IMG/VR virus record: IMGVR_UViG_3300026897_000028 | Coordinates: 1 to 30,561 of that record | DNA: 30,561 nucleotides | Direction: 5' to 3' (one strand) | Source of the DNA: a virus | Lineage: Duplodnaviria; Caudoviricetes | Shown: positions 1 through 8,400 of the stretch, piece by piece | Layout: every line of letters starts with the position of its first letter | Numbering within the stretch: the first letter of the stretch is position 1 | The notes under the pieces: generated by a model | The model's database searches: none | Told to the model about the DNA's origin: nothing | The model's input: only the letters and a program-made list of their open reading frames with translations | Position numbers and translations under genes: made by a program

Positions 1-1239
1 ATGGCAAAAAAATGGCGAGTGAAGTTGGCAAAGTCAGTTACGAATACCCAAACCAAGTACCCATATAAGACCCCCTTTATCAGTAAGCCTAAAGACGACG
101 ATCTGTCAAAGCAATGGGTCGTTGAATACGGTATCTGGTCGGAGCGAGAGGAAAAAATTAAGCGAAAGCGAGTGGTGCTGGTTGGTACAACCGTAGCCGA
201 ACGCCTGGCCGATGGCCGCGAAGTGGTAAAAGAATTGAACCGGTTATTGAAAGCCGGGGCCGTGGTCGATCCCGTACCGGTCATCACGCCCGTAGCCGCT
301 GCGGATCTTAACCAGGTCAAGCCCAATACCCCGCTTTCGAAAGCCATCGATATCTATCTGGCCTATAAGACCAAGACGACAAAAAAGAATTCAGTTCGTA
401 CGTATAGAAGTAGTCTGAACTTGTTGAAACGCTACCTCGTCGATACGCCTGGCTTGAAAACCGTCACCCTGCAACAGTTTCGGCACGGGGATGCTTTAGC
501 GTTTCTGGATAAGGTGATTCTGGATTACAAGCTGACGAATCGTGGCCACAATAATACCCGCGATAATTGCGCCATGTTCTATCGGCACTGGTGTAAGCGC
601 ATCAATGCCACATCGGGCCGGGTGATCCTGGTCAACCCCTTCGATAACATTGATGAGAAAGTTACCACGTCCGGTAAGCATACGGCATATACGGATGAGC
701 AGCGGGCGGCTTTCAAAGACAAGTGCCTGGCGGAAGGGGAGGGACAGCTCTTGACGTTTGTGCAATTTATGTACTACACGTTTATGCGCCCCCGTCAGGA
801 GCTGCGGCTGCTACGCATAAAGGACATCCGGGAGGATACCATTTTCATTAATGCCGTCAACGCCAAGGACAACGCAGCCGAGTACATCGAGATCCCGCCC
901 GGTCTCCAGCGAATCATCACCGAGTTGCAGCTACGCGACTACCCCGACAACCACTACGTCTTTACCCATCAGGGCGTACCCGGCCCGGATCCGGTGGGGC
1001 CTGACTATTTCTACTCCCATCATAGGCGCATTCTGGATAAGCTGGCGCTGAAAGACGAGGGCTACGATATGTACAGCTGGAAGCATACGGGTGTCATCGC
1101 CTTATGGAACGCGACCCAGAACATCCGGCTGATTCAACAGCAGTGCCGCCACTCAACGGCTGCCCAAACGGAAGACTACCTGCGTGATCTGGGTATCATC
1201 GTTCGACATACGCAGATTAAAGACTTTCCAGAGTTTTAA
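1..1239 (+). CDS. int: Tyrosine recombinase / phage integrase
   Basis: Catalytic motifs FMYYTFMRPRQE (R), NAKD (K), MYSWKHTG (HxxR variant), CRHS (H) and TEDYL (Y), with a core-binding region upstream. Confidence 0.93.
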   Translation: MAKKWRVKLAKSVTNTQTKYPYKTPFISKPKDDDLSKQWVVEYGIWSEREEKIKRKRVVLVGTTVAERLADGREVVKELNRLLKAGAVVDPVPVITPVAAADLNQVKPNTPLSKAIDIYLAYKTKTTKKNSVRTYRSSLNLLKRYLVDTPGLKTVTLQQFRHGDALAFLDKVILDYKLTNRGHNNTRDNCAMFYRHWCKRINATSGRVILVNPFDNIDEKVTTSGKHTAYTDEQRAAFKDKCLAEGEGQLLTFVQFMYYTFMRPRQELRLLRIKDIREDTIFINAVNAKDNAAEYIEIPPGLQRIITELQLRDYPDNHYVFTHQGVPGPDPVGPDYFYSHHRRILDKLALKDEGYDMYSWKHTGVIALWNATQNIRLIQQQCRHSTAAQTEDYLRDLGIIVRHTQIKDFPEF

Positions 1240-1673
1240 AGGTTCTTGCCAAGCACGCAGGTTCCACCATTGCAATAGTTAGCAGTACTGCCAACGTAAC
1301 AAGAGCAGTAGTTACTTCGGAAGGCATTGCGTTGGTCAATACTCATTCTGTACCGGTTCATAAGAACCATAACATAGTTGCTTTCAATATCACCAACAAA
1401 ACGAGAATATTCTCTATCCTTAAACCCGAGTTTCCGTGCTTGCTCCAAGGCTTCCAACCTCGATTTCTCTTTTATCTGTAGCAACTCGGTATACAGTTGA
1501 TAAGGGGAACTATGATTGCGCTGAAAAATTTTTTTGAACTGAGCAGTCAAATTTCGGTGCTGCTCCTTGTCAATTTGCTTGATATTGGTGTAAAAGCTCC
1601 GCTCTACCGAAGCAATGGCTTCTTTACTAGGAGGGGTGGCGAGCAGTGAAAGGAAAAGCAAAAGCTGAAACAT
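1236..1673 (-). CDS. Hypothetical exported protein with Cys-rich C-terminus
   Basis: N-terminal hydrophobic signal MFQLLLFLSLLA; C-terminal CSC...C...C; converges on the integrase with a 4-nt overlap. Confidence 0.7.
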   Translation of the reverse strand: MFQLLLFLSLLATPPSKEAIASVERSFYTNIKQIDKEQHRNLTAQFKKIFQRNHSSPYQLYTELLQIKEKSRLEALEQARKLGFKDREYSRFVGDIESNYVMVLMNRYRMSIDQRNAFRSNYCSCYVGSTANYCNGGTCVLGKNL

Positions 1674-1913
1674 AGTGTACGGAATAAAGGAAAATGGGTT
1701 TTAATCTTGGAGGACAAGGACTGTACCGAGCTTCAATATGCTGAATTGACCTATGTATAGCTAGAAACACACTGCAGTAATTCTCTTCCGGAAGGCAACT
1801 TTAAATATTCTTACAACTGTACCGGCACTCGATAGCTGCTCAATTGGCGGATATCACCTGCGCGATTTGGACCTCATCATTAGGCACAAGAATATTCATA
1901 ATTTTCCAAAATT

Positions 1914-2468
1914 CTATTGAGGACTTTGGGAGTTGAGAATCACTTCTTTTCTATACCGCATATTTTTTAGTTCTTGTCGAATGCGGCCCCTAAGGCGTTT
2001 AATTGTGCTTGAACCCTGGCCTAAAGTCTGTTTGTAGTTGTCTTTTGATATAATAATTCTTTTTCCAGACTCGTCGGTGTAATATATTCTGAAAATAGCG
2101 TGGTAAAAGTTGCAATCTAAAGGATCATGTAGCAATTCCATTAGATAAGGTAATTCTTCGTCGATATATATATAGGTTTTGAACTTCGGACTTGGCCTTT
2201 CTACTTTTAAGACAACTATCTGCTCTTCATAAGTAGCTGGGGTATCACTAACTACATTCAACAATACGTCTTGTTCTTCTCCAAGAATGCCGTCTAACGG
2301 CCCTTGTCTATTTACAGATATATCGTATAGCGATACTGTGAAAGGATCGGCAACAGAAGCATCAGGGGTTCTTCTAAATAATTTTTCGTCTTGGTAAAAC
2401 TCGTCTACTCGATTGCGGTCATTCCAATGTAATCGTTGAGGTATGTGTGGTAGAGTGCATTGTCCCAT
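1914..2468 (-). CDS. Putative ADP-ribosyltransferase-fold toxin
   Basis: Motif series EKLFRR ... ISVNR ... NFYHAIF resembles the R...S...H pattern of small ART-like toxins. ATG at 2468 preferred over TTG at 2483. AT-rich. Confidence 0.5.
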   Translation of the reverse strand: MGQCTLPHIPQRLHWNDRNRVDEFYQDEKLFRRTPDASVADPFTVSLYDISVNRQGPLDGILGEEQDVLLNVVSDTPATYEEQIVVLKVERPSPKFKTYIYIDEELPYLMELLHDPLDCNFYHAIFRIYYTDESGKRIIISKDNYKQTLGQGSSTIKRLRGRIRQELKNMRYRKEVILNSQSPQ

Positions 2469-2471
2469 ACG

Positions 2472-2501
2472 AAAAAAAGGCAACCTATGATGGTTGCCTT
2501 T
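2472..2501 (-). terminator. Intrinsic terminator-like hairpin directly before the ART-like gene
   Basis: AAAGGCAACC-N6-GGTTGCCTTT stem (2476-2501) running into a T7 tract on the minus strand, 3 nt before ATG 2468. Confidence 0.65.
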
Positions 2502-2516
2502 GTAGAAGTAAAGAAA

Positions 2517-2972
2517 TTACTTAGAAAGAAGCTTGTACGCAATATCTTCAAAATCTATACCCGTACCAACTTCGTAGAAAGTCAGTACATCATCAGAAGA
2601 CACCTTCCCCGAGAGGGAATAAGATACCAATTCGTCATCATAAATGGTCAGGCTTATCAAGCCTTTTGAGGATTCACGATACAGAATCAATTCACCATCT
2701 TCATTCATGACGTTTTTATCCAAACCGCTGATTTTATCAGGATCTATAGTTGCAGAGATTACATCTAGTTCCTTGCAAAGAGACTCTACTGCAAATTCTT
2801 GAAATGAAGTCAAATTATACTTTGACTTCAAATTTCCAAAATGCGGTTTAGAACTGATTCCGTAGGTATTAGTGAGTGTACCTCTTGTAGTTGCTTCTAC
2901 TTGAGAGTATATTTCGTTGACCTCGTTTGTATTGGTTCGTTGTAACTCACGAAAGTTAAGTTTGGTATCCAT
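2517..2972 (-). CDS. Hypothetical protein, putative antitoxin
   Basis: 151-aa ORF between the TIGR04255-like and ART-like genes. Thr/Asn-rich N-terminus and acidic beta-rich C-terminus (NEDGELILYRE...LISLTIYDD). The role is inferred from position. Confidence 0.6.
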   Translation of the reverse strand: MDTKLNFRELQRTNTNEVNEIYSQVEATTRGTLTNTYGISSKPHFGNLKSKYNLTSFQEFAVESLCKELDVISATIDPDKISGLDKNVMNEDGELILYRESSKGLISLTIYDDELVSYSLSGKVSSDDVLTFYEVGTGIDFEDIAYKLLSK

Positions 2973-2976
2973 AGCT

Positions 2977-2984
2977 CAAAAGTA
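2977..2984 (-). promoter_or_regulatory. Bacteroidota -7 promoter box TACTTTTG
   Basis: Exact TAnnTTTG match 4 nt before ATG 2972. No clear -33 TTTG. Confidence 0.4.
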
Positions 2985-3032
2985 GTTATAAAACGAGATT
3001 GAAGGTATTTGTATTTCCATGCAGAAAAGTAT

Positions 3033-3725
3033 TTACGTATACGTTTCGAGAACTTTGCTTTGTACAGACTTAAAAAACAACTGGTTTTTAAAATCTCTCA
3101 TCATAAAGAGGACATTCCGGTAGGTATCTTCCTCTACGCTTGAAAGATCTATATTCTTCCGTACATTTATATCCAGTAGGATTCCCAAATCGTTGTCGCC
3201 AATGCTTTCATTTTTGTGTCTAATAGCGCCAACTATTATACCCTGCATATCATTGTCCTTCTCATTGTCAACAAAGAATTGAATAAAAAAATTGCTGATT
3301 GAGAAAGGGGTCTCTATCTTAAAAGTCAAATAGTCAAATAAGTTGACCTTCTCTTCCTCCTTCTCTAGCTTTATCAAGTTAAGATATCTAAGGCTAAATT
3401 GCTCTAAAGTTAATGATTTGGTGAGACTAGTCACAATTTCAATCATCGCTTTGAACTCTTCGTAGATTTCCTCAAAAGGTGAGTAAGTTAGATTATGCAA
3501 AGACAGAGAATCCAAATTCACCCGTAAAGCCTTGTTATTCTCCAACGATCTAAGTATGTACGTGCCTTCCTTCTTTCTATCTTCAGATTCACTCGCTCTG
3601 TATCTCGAGGATATAAACTCGTTTTTACAGAAATTTTCAATCTGCTCCTTTTCAAGAATCTCCTTGAAACGAACAAGGAAAATACTCTCTATAATTGGTG
3701 GAGTAGACAATTTGGGATAAGGCAT
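3033..3725 (-). CDS. TIGR04255-family protein
   Basis: YPKLSTPPIIESIFLVRF N-terminus, SLRYLNLI, LLDINV and KNQLFFKS match my recollection of the family pattern. Confidence 0.8.
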   Translation of the reverse strand: MPYPKLSTPPIIESIFLVRFKEILEKEQIENFCKNEFISSRYRASESEDRKKEGTYILRSLENNKALRVNLDSLSLHNLTYSPFEEIYEEFKAMIEIVTSLTKSLTLEQFSLRYLNLIKLEKEEEKVNLFDYLTFKIETPFSISNFFIQFFVDNEKDNDMQGIIVGAIRHKNESIGDNDLGILLDINVRKNIDLSSVEEDTYRNVLFMMRDFKNQLFFKSVQSKVLETYT

Positions 3726-3972
3726 ACGCAAATACGAGATCAGTTATATGAACTCACTCTCTACTGTTTAGGCATAATTTGGGTTGTGAGTGCAATATTG
3801 TAATAAACTTGACACTAGAGGGAGATGGTTAAAAAAAAAAGTGATAATTTAACATTTATTATCAAGTGGATACACGCGGAGAGTAAGTATCTGCAAGAGC
3901 TAGATCATTTAATTTTTGAAGAACAGATGTCTTAGCAGTTTACTAAATCGGCTTCGTTTTTTTCTTTTACAT

Positions 3973-4014
3973 AAAAGCCAACACCCCTCGGTCCTACGTT
4001 CCGAGGGGTGTTGG
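3973..4014 (-). terminator. Terminator of the tail operon
   Basis: Perfect 14-bp stem CCAACACCCCTCGG / CCGAGGGGTGTTGG (3978-4014) followed by CTTTT on the minus strand, just after the last tail gene. Confidence 0.8.
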
Positions 4015-4043
4015 TTTATTAACCGTGTTGTATTTATCCGCGA

Positions 4044-5456
4044 TTACACCCGCCACAGCACACATTCTGCAGGAACCATGTTCTGGCTTGCGCTCAGTAC
4101 TGCTTTCATCGAGCCGACAAGGTAGTTGACACCTTTGATGTGTACTTTTCTCCGGAAGGAGAACAGAGCCAGGTCAGCGGCCGTCAGGTCGACCACTTTC
4201 GTTACCGAAAACGTATCCCCCTTGAAGGCTTCAAAGCGCCGGTAGCCTCGGTTGACCAGGTTGTTCGGACCAGTCCACAGCAAACTACGGTTGCCATGGG
4301 CGTTGCTGGCTCGGGGTTCGCCATTGACCAGGCTATTCCAGAACAGCAGCTTGGCCGTCGAGCCGTTCTTGTTGTCCTTGTTGCTGGGCGATATACCTGG
4401 CTGCTGGGTAATCGCGCGGCCGCTCACCGGGTCGTTCATCAGGGTGGACACCCTCGAACGAATGGGCACGGTGGTGCCGCCTTCATTAGCCGTGGTTTCG
4501 GGCGTCAGGTATCGGTCCATTGCGGCTGGAACAGGCTTCAGTAAACCGTCGTTGCTATCCACCTCGTACGATAGCTCCAGGCGGTTGCTCAGCTCCGGGG
4601 CTTTTACGTGCTGCGGACGTGCCTTGCCGGTCCAGTCGACGACATCGTTGCCCGCCAATACGTCTTCGCTGAAGTCCATCGTGCAGATCCTGCGCCGAAC
4701 ATCGAACTCTAGAAAAAGATTGAACAACTTACGTAGGTCGATGAGCAGGTTAGGCAGCGTCAGGTCCGGCAAGTGGTTGTTGGCGTTGATCTGCGTGGCC
4801 TGGTCCAGACTAAACAGATTGTACAGAATCAGCCTGGCTAAATCTGGGTCCTGAAAGAATTGGCCCGCAAAGCTCCAGCCGGTCAGGGCGCTGAACTGGT
4901 TGAAGACCCAGCGCACAAACGGCATGGGCACCCGCGCGATCGCGTTGTAGCCAGTGCTCGTGTACTCATTCACCAGACCGTTGAAACCAGCAATAGCCTG
5001 GTTGCCGTAAAAGTCCGTATTCTGGATGGTCGGAAAACAATACCGGTCGGTCAGGTGGTTGGCGGCTGCCAGTGGCGAAGCCGGTACCGGATCAATGCCA
5101 AAGTTTAACTGCGACAGCAATACCTTCTGGCTGTCGCCAAAAATCTCCCCTAAGTTCTGGGTGAAGTACAGACTAAACCCTTCGGCGTTAACGTCGTGGA
5201 TCATGACGTACCCCTGCTCAATGAGCTGGCCGTGCAGGTATTTCTCACAGCGAAACTTTCGGGCCTGGTAACCAACTTCGGGTTGGTAGAAATAGCCCAG
5301 CAAACGGCGGTTGGTAGGGGTGTTGGGCAAATCAAAGCCATACACCCGGCTGCCCTGGATCTGCTCGAAGTCCAGCAGCGGGTTAAATCGTTCGAGCGTT
5401 AGAGTGGTAGCCGGCGTCAGGTCCGCCGGCTCACCATCAATGCGAATGTCAATCAT
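4044..5456 (-). CDS. Phage tail tip / baseplate hub-like protein
   Basis: Directly downstream of the tape measure gene with a 1-nt overlap. N-terminus IDGEPADL...GFDLPNTPTNRRLLG is typical of siphoviral tail proteins. Confidence 0.75.
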   Translation of the reverse strand: MIDIRIDGEPADLTPATTLTLERFNPLLDFEQIQGSRVYGFDLPNTPTNRRLLGYFYQPEVGYQARKFRCEKYLHGQLIEQGYVMIHDVNAEGFSLYFTQNLGEIFGDSQKVLLSQLNFGIDPVPASPLAAANHLTDRYCFPTIQNTDFYGNQAIAGFNGLVNEYTSTGYNAIARVPMPFVRWVFNQFSALTGWSFAGQFFQDPDLARLILYNLFSLDQATQINANNHLPDLTLPNLLIDLRKLFNLFLEFDVRRRICTMDFSEDVLAGNDVVDWTGKARPQHVKAPELSNRLELSYEVDSNDGLLKPVPAAMDRYLTPETTANEGGTTVPIRSRVSTLMNDPVSGRAITQQPGISPSNKDNKNGSTAKLLFWNSLVNGEPRASNAHGNRSLLWTGPNNLVNRGYRRFEAFKGDTFSVTKVVDLTAADLALFSFRRKVHIKGVNYLVGSMKAVLSASQNMVPAECVLWRV

Positions 5457-8400
5457 TATCTAAAGTCTGATTTTTCGGCTACTACGTTGATCTGGTTGTT
5501 GACGTTGATCACGTTCTGGACGCTAACGGTCAGGTTCTTATCGGCAATCCGGTTCAATAGACCCGACTGGTAACCCTGTTCCGCTTTGGTGGCATTCAGG
5601 ATCTGCTGCACCGTACGCATTTCGGTTTTATTCGACTCCTGTAGGGTCGACAGGTCTTTATGCGTGTTTTTCTGCAACGTGGCAAGCGCCAGGTTGAAGG
5701 CGTTGGTCAGGTCCGTAAAGTCCGTATGAGTCTGCGTCCGGAGGCCCAGTAACTGAATACTAGTGGCCAGCTTCATGCTCTCCAGGTCAGTATGTACGCC
5801 CTTCTGTAGATTTGCCAGGGCCAGCGCCAGCATGTTCTCCAGATCGTTCAGGTCATCATGGGATGAGTCCTGCCAGTCGGCCATGTCCCTATGGACGCTT
5901 TTCTGGAACGCATCCAGATCCTGATGAATGCCTTTCTGTAAGTTGGTCAGGTCCGTTTTCTGCCCATTCTGCAACTTCAACAGATCGTCGTGCAGCGTTT
6001 TCTGCAATTCCGTCAGGCTGGTCTTGTTCGATTCCTGGAGGTCGCTCACATCCTTACCAATGCTGGTTTTAAGCGACATAAAATGCAAAGCCAGCGCCAG
6101 CCGTAAACCCGTCAGTTCGTCGACCAGCTCTTTACCCAGGCTGGGGAACTCCATCTTCATGGTGCCCTGTAAGGAGGTCAGGCCGGTGGTAATGGCCGTT
6201 TTAAGAGATAGCGTATGAATCGCATTAGCCAGGTTCAGACTTGTGAAGCCCTGACTGATTGATGAACGCAGGTTGGTAAACTGAGTGGCCGTGGTCGACT
6301 GCTGCGTATCGGATTCATACTTCATCTGCCGTTGGATATCCGCCACCGTGTAGATTAGCTTATCAAGCGCCAGCACCGTCGCTTCGGTGTTTTTGCCGAT
6401 GGCTTCCATCAGTGCCTGCGACTTCTGAATCTCTTCGTTGGTAACGCTGTTGATGGCGTCGGCCGACCCCAAATCGGTGCTACCAACGTCCGAACCCGTA
6501 TCACCACCACCCGACGAACCGCCCGAGCCGCCCGATGAATCACTGTAGCCGCCTTCCTCGTATTCCTCGTTGATGTTATCCATCCAGCCGCCCTGCTGGA
6601 ACATCCCGCCCTTTTTGAACTTCTTTGGTAAGTAGTCGCCATAACTACCACCGTCGCTACCGAAAATGCCACCGTGCAACATGATCGGGGCGCCATTGCG
6701 GTGCAGACTGGAGTGCAACAGGCTATCGACTACCTGTTTGTTATTGCGGTACGTGTTCTGGCTGAGCACCATAATCGGCTCCCGGCCTTCCATCTCACCA
6801 ACTTCTTCGCCCGTATCCCGGCGAACCAACGAAATGCCCGATTCGCCATAATTACGGCCGTGGTTGGGGCCTTCCGGAACGCCGGCATTCCGAACGTAAC
6901 CACCACGAGCCATCGCTGGGGGCTGCTGGCGTTTGATAAGCGCAATCTGAATACCGGTCGTAACGGCGGCTGCGGCCACACCGATCAGACCGAGCGGCCA
7001 GCCTAGCGTAGCCAATGATTTCAGTGCAGCCTGAGCGCCGTTGATAATGGCCATCGTAATGTCGAGGGCCTGTTGCCGTTTGAACGCTTGCAGTTGCTGA
7101 GCTTTAATTTTGGCATCGGCTTCCTTGTTGATTTTGTCAACGCCCTTTTCGTATTCATCCTTGCCGATTAGCCCTTTATCGTACTTTTCTTTCCACGCTG
7201 CGAGCTGCGAATCCTTCTCTTTCTTGATGTTGGCCAGCTCCTTATCCAGCTTCATCTGATTGAGCTTCTGGAGGGCCTGCACCGCCATAACGGTGTATTC
7301 ACCAACGGCATCAATCGTATCGATCTGCTTTTGCTGGCTTTCGGTGAGTTGCTTTTTCTCACCCAGCAGCTTCTTGTTCAGAATGTCGGTGAAGGTGGTA
7401 AAATCACCATCCATCAGGGCTTTAATGGCCTGATAGTACTGCTGCTGGTTTTGCCGACGCGCTTCGGTTCTCTCCTGGGTTAGCTGCGTTTTCTCGTTCT
7501 CATACTGCTGATCATTAGCCTTCAATTGAGCTTTCAACCGGTCGTCCGTTGCCTTGTCAGCCTGAGCCCTGCGGTCTTTATCCTGAATCAGCTCCTGATT
7601 CTTCTGCTTTTCTTCGGCAGCTTCCCGTTCGAGCTTCTGTTTATTATACTGGTATTCCGCATCCAGCCGGGCTTTCTTGGCGTCGTAAATAGCCTGGGCG
7701 TTGTTGCCGGCCAACTGGAGCCGGGCGTTGGCATCGGCCACGGTCGCCTGGTAGAGCGCGTCCTGCAGGGCGTTTTCTTCCTGCTGTTTTTTACGACGAA
7801 ACTCCTGGTCAACCCTTTCCTTGTCCCGAGTCAAGTTGTCGTGGATCTGCTTAAGAAGCTGAGCCTTCTGGGTTTCGTCGTTTACGTCCTTCTGAACCTG
7901 CGCCCGTTGAGCGGCCGCTACGTCCTCGAGTTTTTGCAGCTTATCCGCTTTTTCATCACCGGCAAGCTTGATTTTGAGATCAAGAGTACGTTTGGCGGCT
8001 TCGGCATCGTCTTTCTCCTTTTTCTTACGATGATCGTCGTCGACCTTGCTGATGTCGCGCTGGAGCTGGTCATTAAGTGCCTTTATCCAGACCGCCTTAA
8101 CCTGCTGACTGGCCTTACTTTTTTCAATGTTGGCCAGCTCTTCATTGTGCTTGAATTGCAGATTAGCTTTCTCACGCGCCTGGTCGTCCTTAATGGCGGC
8201 AATACGCATTTGCTCCACTTTCTTGAGACCTTCTGCACTGGCACGAGCCGCTTCGTCGGCTTCTTTCTTGGCTGCATCAGCCGCTTTTTTGGCTTCAGCT
8301 TGACGATGTTTCTCGTTCTGAGCGGCTTTCTTATCCAGGGCTTTCTGCTCCGACGACGTGACGATATCCGTCAGTTCATTGGCGTGTTTCTGCTCGGCTG

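Noticed and set aside
3831-3840. A10 run upstream of the TIGR04255-like gene (also G7 at 10923-10929)
   Set aside because: Could be phase-variable, but such runs are expected in this context and one sequence gives no evidence.
3991-3996. GTCCTA on the plus strand inside the tail terminator
   Set aside because: No TTG-ending box at the conserved spacing and no supported gene downstream.
4140-5402. Plus-strand ORFs over the tail gene (and similar ones at 11992-13539 and 17011-19930)
   Set aside because: Antisense to well-supported genes in GC-rich DNA; no recognisable domains.
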